Below, in pieces: positions 47,753 to 59,549 of a stretch of DNA of 64,000 nucleotides (positions within the stretch are counted from its first letter, which is position 1; each line of letters begins with the position of its first letter). The position numbers were made by a program, and so were the translations under genes. This DNA comes from Camelus ferus (lineage: Eukaryota). The DNA is taken from positions 8,930,001 through 8,994,000 of the forward strand of contig NC_045696.1 in NCBI RefSeq assembly GCF_009834535.1, read 5' to 3'. The notes below the pieces were generated by a model. It ran no database searches. It was given only the letters and a program-made list of their open reading frames with translations, and had not been told where the DNA came from.

Positions 47753-48454
47753 TTTTTTCTGATTGAAGTATATTTGATTTACAATTTTGTGTCAGTTTCT
47801 GGTGCACAGCATGGTGATTCAGTTCTATAAATATATTTTTTCATATTCTTTTTGTTATAGGTTATTATAAAATACTGACTGTGGTTCCCTGTGCTATACA
47901 GAAGGATTTTGTTGTTCATCTATTTTATACACAGTAGTGTGTATCTGTTAATCCCAAACTCCTAATTTATCCATCCCCCCCAACCTCTTTCCTCTTTGGT
48001 AATCATAGTTTGTTTTCTATATCTGTGAATCTCTATTTTGTAAATAAGTTCATTTGTATAATTTTTCTTAGATTCCACATATAAGTGATATTGCATGATA
48101 TTTGTCTTTCTCTTTCTGACCTACTTCACTTAGTATGTTAATCTTTAGGTCCATGCATGTTGCTGCAAATGGCATTATTCATTCTTTTTTTACAGCTCAT
48201 TAGTATTCCATTGAATGTATATGCACCGCAACTTCTTTATCCACTCATCTGTCGATGGACGTTCAGGTGGCTTCCATGTCTTGGCTTCTGTAAGTAGTGC
48301 TGCTCTGAACACTGGGGTGCGTGCATCTTTTTGAATTAGAGTTTTTTCCAGATATTCGCCCAGAAGTGGGATTTGTGGATTATATGGTAACTCTATTTTT
48401 AATTTTTAAAGAATCTCTATACTGTTTTCCATGGTGGCTGCACCAAACTACAAA
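47753..48454 (-). mobile_element. 5'-truncated L1 with 12-bp TSD, inserted in an antisense MIR
   Basis: Reverse-complement homolog of 44417-45110; TSD ttatttgctttt at 47741-47752 and 48455-48466. Confidence 0.93.
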
Positions 48455-48773
48455 TTATTTGCTTTTAATAGGTGAAGAAACTCATACTCATGGAGTTTTA
48501 ATGACATTAAATTGAGAAAATGGGAATTTGAACACTGCATCCACCTGCCTACTCACTATATAATTTTGTCAAGTTCATTATTTTATCTGAACTTCTATTT
48601 GTTGGACTGGCGATTATATATTTTTCATGGTCATTACTAAGAAGAAATTAGGCAGCATATACAAACCACAGTGCTTGGCACACAGCAGACGATCTCACCT
48701 AAAGCAATGAGAAGTGAGGCAGCAGAACGAGTGCTCAGTAAAGACCCTGTTCTTCGTAATTCCAGGTCCTAGA

Positions 48774-49002
48774 CAGGGGCCAGCAAGTTTTTTCTCTGGG
48801 TCAGACAGTATTTTCAACTTTGTGATCCATACTGAGTCAGGCAACTATTCAAATCTGCTGCTGTATCATGTAAGAGCAGCCATAGACATTACTCAAAAGA
48901 ATGACCATGACTGTGTTCCAATAAAACTTTATTTAATTATCCTTTATTTATAAAAACAGACAACAGACCTGATTTGGCCCACAGCTCATATGACGACCCC
49001 TG
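48774..49002 (+). mobile_element. MER58A hAT-Charlie MITE
   Basis: TIRs caggggcc.../...gacccctg; 'agcagccatagaca...ctgtgttccaataaaactttatt...gatttggccc'. Confidence 0.88.
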
Positions 49003-49358
49003 ACCTAGAAGAGAATGTTATCTATAAGTGGTAACACCTAGTAGATAAGCCCCTGATCATCCTTAACGATTTAATTTCAGTCTTCCCTCTTCTGTGGAAC
49101 TTCCTCCCCAGCAATGCTGGGCAGACTTATGGCTCCTGTGACCTCTCTGCCCTTTGGATGCATCACAGGACCTTCCCATTGTGAGCAGGATGCGGGTATC
49201 ATTTCCTAGTGGTTCTGTAAATACTGGAAGCCAGTGGCTTTGTCTCTTTGCTCTTTGTCAAATATTTAAAAGTGAACAACAATATTTCTCATCTTCGCAG
49301 AAGATTAAAAAAAAAATAGTGAAAAACTTCAACTAAAGTTGGGAGAACTTAGACTAAT

Positions 49359-49549
49359 CAGTGGTTCTCAACTGGGGGAGATTTCGTCCCCAGGGAACCT
49401 TTGATAATGATTGGAGACATTTTGGGATGTCAAGATGGGAGAATGGGTCCTATTTATACCCAATGAGTAGAGACCAGAGATGCTGCTAAACACCCAAGAG
49501 AGAATAATTTGGCCCCAAATGTCAAGGGTGCTGAGGTTGAGACACTCTG
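49359..49549 (+). mobile_element. MER20 hAT-Charlie MITE
   Basis: 'cagtggttctcaactggggg...gtagagaccagagatgctgctaaaca...ggccccaaatgtcaagggtgctgaggttgagacactctg'. Confidence 0.88.
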
Positions 49550-50342
49550 GACTGGCAAAAATGAAGCATTTTATAGGCTACCTGTGTAAATCATGTGCAC
49601 AGTACTTCACAGTTTATACAATGTTACCTATCCTACTCCCTGCCAAAGGAGCATGAGGAGAATCAAATGTGATGATGTATGTAAAAGGAATCTGCACAAA
49701 TCAGTAATTTTGTGCAAAACTAAAGTCTATTCTGTCTGTGAGCTAATCCTGGAGTGCTGACACCATGTAGGCAAATTCTAGAACATTCTTCAGTGTATCC
49801 AATCCAAATCTCTCCCCTTCAATTTAAGCCTTTTTCCCATCCCTGTCTTCTCGGCAGGACTAGGAGTGCCTTTGGCCACCTTTCAAATGCGGGGGAAATG
49901 AGAAGCCACACCTCAATCTGCCTTTTTCTGCAGGCGAAATTATCAAATTCCATTTAGCTTTTTCTCCAGGTCCTATTTTTGAAGCCTTTCATTATTTTAG
50001 TTTTTATAAAGATTTCCCTGTGGATTTTCTCCTACTTTACCACATACCTCCCACGATAGTCACTCTTAACCTAAAAGGGCTTCCAATGAATCTTCCCCTT
50101 GGACTGAATTTTGCAAGCCATGCTGTGCATATAACTTTGGTGGTATGTGTGTCTTTCTGCTGAAAGTGTCTGGCCCACGTTTCTCTTTAACATGACCGAG
50201 TGAAGTGAAAAAATCCAGTGCTGTTGTTTTGGGGAACTGCTCTAAACCACCTGGGTAGACAGGGGCACAATTTCTTGTTAGGTGTTTGGCCACTTAAGGA
50301 GACTGAGTGGGACACTGGTGGTGGTTTCTTTTCATTTGGTCA

Positions 50343-50745
50343 TCTCATGGATTAAATTATACCCTCTAAAAATATATATATATATTGAAGTCCTAACCCC
50401 ACATATCACCAAACATGGCTTAAATTTGGAGACAAGGTATTTGCAGAGGTAATCAAGTTAAAATGAGGTTATTAGGATGGGTCCTAATCCAATGTGACTA
50501 GTGTCCTTATAAAAGGGGAAATTGGACACACAGACACACGTGGAGGAAGGACAGTGTAAGATGTGCAGGGAGAAGCTGGCTGTCTATAAGCCAAGGGACA
50601 AGCTGAGAGGCTTGGAACAGGTCCTTCCCTGGAGACTTCAGAGAGTGCATGGCACTGCTGACACCTTGGTTTTGGACTTCCGACCTCCCAAACTGTGAAA
50701 CGACGTATGTAGGACTTTGTCACCGCAGCCTTAAGAAACCAGCTG
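50343..50745 (+). mobile_element. MLT1B/C-like MaLR LTR
   Basis: 'tttgcagaggtaatcaagttaaaatgagg...cctaatccaatgtgactagtgtccttataaaagggga...ctgacaccttggttttggacttc'. Confidence 0.88.
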
Positions 50746-50869
50746 CCGTGGTTTCTGCCACTGATGCAGTAGCTGGAGTTCATGATCATCTCAGAATATT
50801 TCTGCCAAGGATTGTTTCATGCCATTCCTCTGCGTAACAGATGTCATCAGTGGTCCACCTATCCCCGCC

Positions 50870-51290
50870 CTCCTCCAAAACACACACACCTATCCCAGAG
50901 CCTACCTGCAGCCACGCTGATGGCTTCCTGCATCCCCTGGCTAAGAACATCCTTCGACCATGGGCATACACAGCCACATGCAAAACAGGATAAAGTGCCA
51001 GAAGTCCCCAGAGTGACTGTCACGCAAGGCGAGGTAGCCATTGGGAGTAAATCGTCCAGCTTCTTCTCCCTGGTAGGATCTCTTACAGTTGGCTTCAACA
51101 CAACTTTTCAGAAGATTCCCAGCAGCCTGAGCGTGGTTTGCCCATAATGGAGCCTACTCTTTAAGGTATCTCTTCTTAGCTTTGTACCTTCTGCCTACTC
51201 ACTTTCCCATCCCCTCACCATGCAAGTAAAATATTTTCCCCAAATCCTTGTCTCGGGACCTACTTTAGTGGAACTTCACCCTAGGTCACA
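50870..51290 (+). mobile_element. LTR16-like ERVL LTR
   Basis: 'cagaagattcccagcag...ttgcccata...caaatccttgtctcgggacctactttagtggaac...aggtcaca'. Confidence 0.6.
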
Positions 51291-51786
51291 CTGCTTTGGA
51301 AATATGAATGACAAGGTTGGGATGTGAGCGCCATCCCTGAGGCTAAATACCCAAAGGAAAGAGAGAGGAATTTGGTACTAGGAGTCCAAGAAAAGGTGCC
51401 CTGTCAACCAGGGGCAAGGTCAGGAGTCAAAGCCAAAACCTGATCAGATTCAGAGGTCCCAGCCAGAGTCACAGCAGAGAATGAGTGATTCAGGGTTGCC
51501 GTGATCCAGGAGGGGGCCTTTCCCATGTTCACTTAGGAACCACCTGTAGACCAGACACTGGTCTCAGAGCCAGAGGCAGGCAAGAGATGAGACACACTCT
51601 CTGAACTCAAGAGCTCACCTTATTGTGGGAAGAGACCAAGGTGTTAAAAAACTGTGATTTAAGTGCCTTGAGACAAATGCTAATTGGGACCCTGGGGAGC
51701 CCAAGATGGGAGCTAGAGGGTCACATTCTGAAGGGCCAGGTATACTGTGCTAAGGCATTTGTATTTCCCACTTGTAGGTAAGAAGT

Positions 51787-51955
51787 AGGGCTGGGTTCAT
51801 GGCCCTGTGACCTGTATGGTCAAACAAGGTCTTGTGTTTAGAAAGCCCCCTACTTGGGTTAATGCTCTCCTGTCACCATCCTGAGATTGTTAATAATTTT
51901 TAAATAAGGGGCCTCAATTTGGCACTGAGTCCCCCAAATTATGTATTCAGTCTTG
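51787..51955 (+). mobile_element. MER45A hAT-Tip100 MITE
   Basis: 'ggttaatgctctcctgtcaccatcctgagattgttaataattttt...gcactgagtcccccaaattatgta' follows the recalled MER45A consensus. Confidence 0.8.
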
Positions 51956-52309
51956 ATGATAAAGCGTCTAGAAATTACTACTGTAAAGAATGCTTTTAAG
52001 CCAGGTCTACAGTGTGTGGGCTGGAGATTTCTAAGGATGGAAGTATGCTGATGGGACAGGCCTGGGAACCAACGGTTGTTCCTCTATTTTGAGGGAGGGA
52101 TTTTGGGGAGCTCACTGGCCAAATCAGAACCTCTGCTTTCAATTGGAATATAAAGACATTCAGGCATTTTGATGCTTCATTCATTCATTCACTCATTCTT
52201 TCATCCAAGATGCCTGAAGTATTTCGAACAATTTCATATGTTAAGATACATCACACACCAATATTTGTTATAAAGTGAAAAGCCGTGTGGAAGTCGTGTC
52301 CATCCGGCA

Positions 52310-52560
52310 TGACTGTCCAGGCAATTTGGTCAGTGTTCTCAGTACTCACCATAAATTAGGAGGCATTTTTTCCACCCTCGGGTATGATTCTTTCAAGGTC
52401 TCTGTGAGGAATGTACTGCTTTCCTTATTTCACAGATTAAAGGTAAGCTTGAGGAGGCTTCATTTCATAAAGGGTGAGTCCAGTCCTACTAGGGGTTTGG
52501 AGCCAGGACACCATCCAGGTCCTTCTCTCCAAGGGCCCTGTCCACCTCCCTACCACCGCC
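52310..52560 (-). mobile_element. MIR SINE
   Basis: 'ctctgtgaggaatgtactgctttccttatttcacagattaaaggtaagcttgaggagg'. Confidence 0.6.
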
Positions 52561-52924
52561 TCCCTAAGTCTCCTCTCACTCTGGTGTCTTCTGGAACCCT
52601 GTCTCTGAACACGAGGGTTTCTTAAAGCGGTCACTTTATTTTACGGACATAGTGGACGATACTTTGTAGCAGTTTTTAATCTCCTTCTTGATCGTCCTTT
52701 AGAGTTGAAAAGTATTTCTGAGTCTCTGTGAGGAAACTCAGCCTTTCCCTGAAGCACATGTTTAGGCACAAGTGTGGGCTCCTCCGTATTGGCCATGAAG
52801 CCAGCTCTTCCACCAGGGGCGTCACTGGGGATTGTCTAAGCAGCGTCCTTGGGCCTCTAGCTTGTCCTAGAGAAACTTGGTTCTTTTCCAGTATTTATAC
52901 ACACACAGACCCAGAGCCATGGTC

Positions 52925-53095
52925 TCAGATGACCTATCCCCAGCTCCAAGGGGTACTGATTGGTCTAAGCATAACCCCCACCTCTTGCCATGATTGGTTT
53001 AAGAATGGACATGTGACCCAATTCTGGCCAATGAGACAAGAGGGGAATCTTAGGGAGGCATCCCTTCAGAGAAAAAAATTCTTTCTCTCTTAAGT
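52925..53095 (+). mobile_element. Old MLT1 LTR fragment
   Basis: 'tgattggtttaagaatggacatgtgacccaattctggccaatgagac'. Confidence 0.75.
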
Positions 53096-53234
53096 AAAAC
53101 TCACTAGAAGTTTCATACTCCTGTCGACATTTTACCCATACAAATTGCAATCCTCAGTGACCCCAGGTAAGTCAATTAAAAAAAAAAAAAAATGTATGGA
53201 GTATTTTCAAAACACCATCTCATAGGTTTTGTTT

Positions 53235-53885
53235 TTGGTTTTGGTTTTCAACTGAGTTGAAATTCACAAGCATAAAATTTGCCGCTTTAAACGTGAACGT
53301 CCCAGTGGCAGTTAGTACATTAGCAGTGTGTGCAAACGTCACTTTCATTTAGTTTCAAAATATTTTCATCACCTCATTAGGAAACTCTGTGCCCATTAAG
53401 CACTCCTCTCATTCACCCTCCTCCCAGCCTTCGGCAACCACTCATCTGCTTTTCGTTTCTGTGGATTTAATTATTCTGGGTATTCACATACATCAAATCG
53501 TACAGTGTGTGACCTTTTGTGTCTGGCTTCTTTTACTTAATGTTTTTGAGGTAGATCCACGTGTGTCATGTACCAGTACTTCATTCTTTTTTTTGCTGGA
53601 TAATAGTCCATTGTCTGTAGATATCACAATTTGTTTATCCATTCATCCAGTAATGGACATTTGGGCTGTTTCCACCTTTTGGCTATTGTAGATAGTACCG
53701 CTATGAACATGTATTTACGTGCGTTTGTTTGAATACCTATTTTTAATTCTTTTGATATATACGTAAGCATGCTGAATCATAGGGAAATTTTAACTTTCTG
53801 AGGACATTCCAAATCATTTTCCATAGCAGCAATACCACTTCACATCCCCACCAGCGGTGTGTACACATTCTCTCAACTTGCCCGT
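53235..53885 (-). mobile_element. L1MB-like 3' region
   Basis: 'ggcaaccactcatctgcttttcgtttctgtggattt...ggacatttgggctgtttccaccttttggctattgt...ttccatagcagc'. Confidence 0.88.
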
Positions 53886-55809
53886 GATACCAATTTGATG
53901 CCCCGACTTGATGAGGTCAGGTTGTTTGATAAAGGAGTACCCTGAGAGTCAAGGACCTTACTCATCTCAGTTTGCCATGTCAAAATTTGATACTACATCT
54001 TTGACCAAAAGTCCCATTTTTTTCCATGGCATAAACTTCTCAGGTCTTTAGCATCCTCCTTTGGAGAGAAAAGGCACAGATCTATGATAAATAAGCTTGT
54101 CTAGACATTGATTAAGAATTATGGGAAAATCCCAGCTCAGAGAACCAGGCATTTAATATCATGTTAACAGAAATATCTGTGATTATCTTGCAAATCTACC
54201 ATCTAGAATGATCCCCAGCCCATAGTAAATGCTCAGAAAATCTTTGAATGAGTGAGTCTTGTGAGTTCATCTGGGGGCCTCTTGTTTCTCCGGCAGTTAG
54301 CAATCCATATGCTGCCTTTTCTTTAACATCCTTCTCTGCCAGTGTAGTTTTGCCAAGAGAATGAGGGACTGGATCCACCAGATGTGACAAAACTCTACCA
54401 TCTCTCTAACCCTTTAAACTGAAACTATGCTTTTATCAAATATGTCAGTATCCTTCTTCAAACTGGGTGGCCATACCTATCTCAATTTGACTTGCTAGTT
54501 TCTAATTATTTAATCTAGAAACAGATACACTACTGGTACATTTTTAACCAGCATGTTTGTTATTTATTTATAAATCAGTTTTCATCTTTTGGGACTTTGA
54601 TATGCTCTGGCCAAGAAGTAACTAGTACCAATTTCAAATAATGAATATCTTTTCTAGTTAATAGAAAGTCTTCCCAGATCAAGAAGGTTAATAAGTGATA
54701 CTGTCACTTGGGCATGTTAATAAATTAAAAAAAAAAAAAAAAAAGGCCGGGCTAACTGAAAAGCTGGAACTGAAAATAGATTATAGCATTTTGCCCGAAG
54801 GCTTTGGCAGCAATTGAAACAAAGTGTTTTGAAACAGAGCCAAATTGGCATTTCTTTGACTTCTAATGTTCAGTCTCTCCAAGCAGGACACCTGGTTCAA
54901 CTACACAAAACAGCCATTCAGAATTATAGTCTGGGCTTTTGTTATGCAAAAGGTAAATGAGGGCAGCAGGAACTCTTCCAGGAAAGGCTGTTTTTACTTT
55001 TTCCCTGGGGAGAGCTCTCATCAAAAAAAGAAGGGGAAAAAGAAAGAAAGAAAAAAAAAAAGAAAAGAAAAGCAAAAACTGCTGTTGACAGGAAATCGGG
55101 AGTCTTGAAAATGAGTGGGTTCTGAAATTAGTTTGTAGAAGAATATTTCACGCAGTGCTAGAAAGGGTTTCCACTGTTAGTGAATTAAATGGAAGCCCCA
55201 TCCTTCCCTCTTCGGAAACACAATGTTATCACAGAACCTTTCGAAGAGTTTCTGGCTGGCTCTCCTTCCTTAACTCTCAATCTGCAGAGACTTGCTTTGG
55301 TTGGAGCTGCATTTATGTGCTAATGGAAGCAATGACCAGCACGCTGGTTGGCCCGTTAGAAGAGAAGCTTGGCCCCTAGATGAGGGCAAGCCCGTGGACA
55401 TGCACACACTCATGTACATACATGCGGTTTGCATGATGCAAACAGTGTTGGAAACTAGACTTGAATTTAGCTCTGCAGTTTGCTGGCCATGCTGCCCATG
55501 CTGCCCAGACTATTATTGTAAAAGCCTGAGGTCCAGAATAAAAGGAGAATGAAATGAAGGTCATTTCACCAAAGAAAGTGCATCCAAGGCACCTGCCATT
55601 GGCTTCCATGACTTTGAACCCTTGGATCCATTGCCATCCCTTGAGTAGGGGGCCCCCCGTTATGTTGGGTGGGTGCTGGGCACATGCGGAGTCAGGCAGC
55701 TTCAAAATCTAAGTTGAAGAGTTTTCGCTGGAGGAGTATTGAGGGGGATCACACGTTGTGCACCCCAGGAACCTTCTCTACCTCTTAGGGCAGGTCTCCA
55801 TTTCCTCCT

Positions 55810-56640
55810 TAGCTATTTGGCAGCTGTTTATTGAATGCTGTCTGTGTGCCGGCCTTGCTTTGGGGACTGGATACTCAACTGTGAATGGGACGAAGCCTGT
55901 GCTGTCATCGAGGTCACTTCCTAGAAAGGAAGACACATGGAAAGAGGCCAGTGAGTGCTCTAAGTGCAGGTGAGCAGAAGTGCTATGAAGAAAGAGGGGC
56001 GAGTTTGTAGGATTAGAGAAAGCCTTTGGAAGGAGCAGTGAAGGCAGATGTCGTAAGGTGGCAAAGATGCATCTGAGAAAGTCATGACTGGCCAGGAGAA
56101 GGGTCACCCAGGAGGAATACGACAGAGGTGGGTACGGTAGGCTGCACCAGAGCATGGGTGCCTGTGGGGCAGTGGCTCTTCAGCCTCTGCACTCTTGACA
56201 TTTGGGGCTGGAGAGTTCTTTGCCATGGCAGAGGGAGGGAGGTCACGGTCCTCTGCAGAGTAGGACCTTTAGCACATCTCTGGCCTTTACCCACCAGATG
56301 CCATTAGCACCTCTGTGAACTGTGACTACCCCAAATGTTTGTGGACATCGCCAAACTGTCCCAGCATGGAGAGGGGTGTACGTGTGCAAAATCGCTCCCG
56401 TGGGTTATGGCAAAAATAGGTCTTGGCAATGACCTTGGGTTTTATTCTAAATGCAGTGGAAATCTGCTGGAGGGCTTTGAGCAGGGGAGAGCTGCAATGT
56501 GATTTACATTCCAAAGGGAATGCTGGCTGGTGGGCAGGAAGTGTGACTGCGGGGGCTGGAGGTGGCCCCCTGGAAAGTGGCGGGAGCAGGAGCAGAAACT
56601 CGGGCTTCCACGGGAGACCTGGCCTGGGAAGAGAGAGCGC
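55810..56640 (-). mobile_element. L2 interrupted by MER20
   Basis: 'ttattgaatgctgtctgtgtgccggcc...' resumes after MER20 at 'ttttattctaaatgcagtggaaatctgctggagggctttgagcagggga'. Confidence 0.75.
56170..56410 (-). mobile_element. MER20 MITE nested in L2
   Basis: 'gcactcttgacatttggggctgga...ctctggcctttacccaccagatgccattagcacc...gacatcgccaaactgtccc'. Confidence 0.85.
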
Positions 56641-56721
56641 CGCATCCTCATGCAGTGTCCCTGGGTATCTGACCGTGGCATGAAATGACCCTCCTTCACT
56701 GTCCAGCACCAACTCCAGTGT

Positions 56722-56734
56722 TGCTGAGTCAGCA
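56722..56734. promoter_or_regulatory. Perfect T-MARE (Maf recognition element) motif
   Basis: TGCTGAGTCAGCA seen directly; function untested. Confidence 0.35.
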
Positions 56735-57186
56735 GGGGTAGTGACCAAAGGCCTGATTAGAAAGGAAAAAGACACTTTCTTAGGTGGCTGAGAGCTCAGT
56801 GGTACGAGGCTAAGGCTGTGGGTTGGTCCACACACAGCCAAGCAGATTTGTACTCATGGCACCTCGGGCGCATGTGCCCTCTCTGGCTCGACCACGCTGC
56901 AGCTTCAAGGAGTGTCAACCATCAGTTCTTCTAGAAAACAGCCAGGTGGCACGCTTTCCTGTTGGAGGGTCACTCTTTCCTCACACTGTGTCCATCATGG
57001 AGAAATCACAGATGCCATCTTCCCATGGGTTGGGAAGCTTCCGGAAGTCAGCAACACGTCTTCTCATCCATGAATTCTCTCCAGCAATGCCGCTTCCTTT
57101 TTCAGTACCTTCTCAGAGAAAGAGCTTCACTCCTTAACCAGATCTTTTCAACTCCATTCCATGTCACCACTTCTCACCGCAGGTCC

Positions 57187-57572
57187 CGTTACGGGATGAA
57201 GTGTGTCTCCCGCAAATCATATGCTGAAGCCTAGCCCCCAGTGTGACTGTACCCAGAGGTAAGGCATTTAAGGAGGTAATTAAGGTTAAATGAAGCCATG
57301 AGGATGGGGGCCTATTCCAACAGGACTTATGTCTCTATAAGAAGAGGAAGAGGCACCAGGAGTGTCCAAGTGTGGAGAACAGGCCACTTGAGGCCACAAC
57401 TCGAGGGTGGCCCTCTGCCTGCCAAGGAGAGGGCACTCAGGAGAGACCTGGCCTGGTGACGCCTTGATCTTGGACCTCACCTCCAGAATGGTGCGGAAAC
57501 AAACTTCTGTTGTTCTGGCGCCCACGCCCCGGGTCTATGGCGTTGGGTTCTGAGCCCTAGCAGAGGAACACA
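57187..57572 (+). mobile_element. MLT1A-like MaLR LTR
   Basis: 'tttaaggaggtaattaaggttaaatgaagccatgaggatggggccctattccaacagga...ccttgatcttggacctc...ctccagaatggtg'. Confidence 0.88.
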
Positions 57573-57649
57573 GCCCCCCAGATGTCATCTTCCTGTAGCT
57601 AATGTCACTCTACCTCCGGGACAGTCATGTGTGACTTCAGCCTCTGTAG

Positions 57650-58710
57650 TACTTCTGAAATCCCTACTGAAATTCTCTCCACCCAGAGTTTGCCTCATAT
57701 GGTGCTTCCTGATTCTCCAAAGGCCCCCCGGACTCCGCTCCTTGGCTTTGGCTCCCTGACTCATCTCTCTTGGCTCCACTCTCACACGTTAGTGCTCCCC
57801 GGGGTTTTGTCCTCAAAGCTCTTCACATCTCAAGTCTAGACACTCTCCTAGGAAGGCTCGTTTGTTCCCAGGGCTTTAACTATCACTTCCCTGCTGATGA
57901 CTCACGCATTGCTTTTCCCAGACTCAAGAGCTCTCATGAGCTCCAGACCTGTACTTTCTGCCCCTAACTTGACCTTTCCCCAGTTAAGGATGTCAGCACC
58001 AAGCCTCTCACCTAAGCAAGATCTTTGAAAGGCACCTCTGACTCTTTTCTTTTCTCTTTTTCTTCAATTTCAGATGGCTCATGGGACCTTTTTGACATCG
58101 CTGTCTGCCTTCAGTGCATCATCTCCTAAATCAGCTTTCTTTTTTTTTTTTTTTAATGACTTTTTTTTAATGTGTGCTCTGATCATGCTATTTCCTTGCT
58201 TAAAAGTTATTACCAGCTTTCAATGACTGGTTGAGAAATCCTAAGTCCAGTCTCCAAAGCCTGCTACCTTCCCAGCAGCACCTTCCCCCGTCTTCCCACC
58301 CAGATAATTTTTGTTCCAGACACCAATTATGGTCCCTGAAACACACATTTCTTTGCCTTTTTTGTTTCTTCTGATTGTAATGGCTCCACCATCAACCCCA
58401 TTCCTCTGTAGCCAGGCCTTCTCCTTTGTTCCTTCTCTACTTTGCAAACCATACTCATTCTTCCAGACTGAGTTTAAATGTTCCTTCACTCCCAAAGTCA
58501 TCTTCTCCTATGCCAGACAGAATCCTCTGCTCCATGATCTGCATCCCCAAAGCCTTTTGCATGCCCAACTCTCCTGCTCGATTAATCTCCTTTACCATTG
58601 TAACCATGTTGTTCCCATCCTTGGAGAACTACATAACCTGGTATTACTCCTAATACCCAATATGGGCTCTCAAAAACACTAGTCAAATGAAGGAACAATG
58701 AGTGAATATC
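57650..58710 (+). mobile_element. L2 3' portion, diverged
   Basis: 'ccagggctttaactatcacttccctgctgatgactc', 'tctgatcatgctatttccttgcttaaaa', tail 'aatgaaggaacaatgagtgaa'. Confidence 0.75.
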
Positions 58711-59083
58711 TTCTATCATTACCTCTGATGGAAAGCTCTTCCTCGTTCTGCCGTTCCTAAAACTCTGAGGTTGTAGTAAGGCTCACAATTGGAATGCAAT
58801 GACAGAGGGTATAATTTTTTCAATAGAACTAGATTTAACGGATCAACTGGGGGAGTAGAAGTAAGAAAGTATACATTTTCATAGAAATCTTATGCTTCAT
58901 TCCAAAATAAGTTGGGAACTAGCTGAGTAAGAGGAAAAACAAAAATAAAAATAGTATTAGCCATGTTGTGGAAGGCTATTATAGATTTTCTAACCAAACA
59001 GAAAATACAGAAGCTACAATGGTGACCAGGGACACCAGACACCCTGTATTGTACCAAAGCTTCACTCTAGCAAATGCTGTTAT

Positions 59084-59437
59084 ATTGAAAAACAGTTTTC
59101 AAAAGAGTTTTTTAAAATAATTGTAAATAGTAACCAATATGCTTCTTTATTAACTCATTAAAGAGGAAGATCTATTGCTGAGATGAATGACTTTCATTTC
59201 AAGGGAGTGATGAGCATTCACAATACTTTGATATATTTGCAACAACTGTAACACGGTTTGAAAATATCTGTGATTCCTATTGGTGAGACAGTCATACGTA
59301 CTCCTGATATTACTTCCGTAGGTTGTCTATTTTCATGATTCAAGAAAATACTACATTTGAGTTAGAGATTAGTAAAAATAAAGATGCATTTTGTCTTAAG
59401 CCAGCTCACAAAAATGCTAACCATGGGAGAATTCCTG
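59084..59437 (+). mobile_element. hAT-Charlie DNA transposon terminal segment, copy 1
   Basis: 'tgcttctttattaactcattaaa...gaaaatatctgtgattcctattggtga...gagttagagattagtaaaaataaagatg'; subfamily uncertain. Confidence 0.75.
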
Positions 59438-59549
59438 AGATACAGAGAGACTACTTTCCATCTACTCCTTCTTGGAGAAACAACCCTTGAGAAGCAACCT
59501 CTAGAGGGACCTGAATAGCCAATGGGCTCTTTTATCTCAGAATAACCAA

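Noticed and set aside
56326..56841. Longest ORF in the window (171 aa, -)
   Set aside because: Largely overlaps MER20 and L2 remnants; no recognisable domain.
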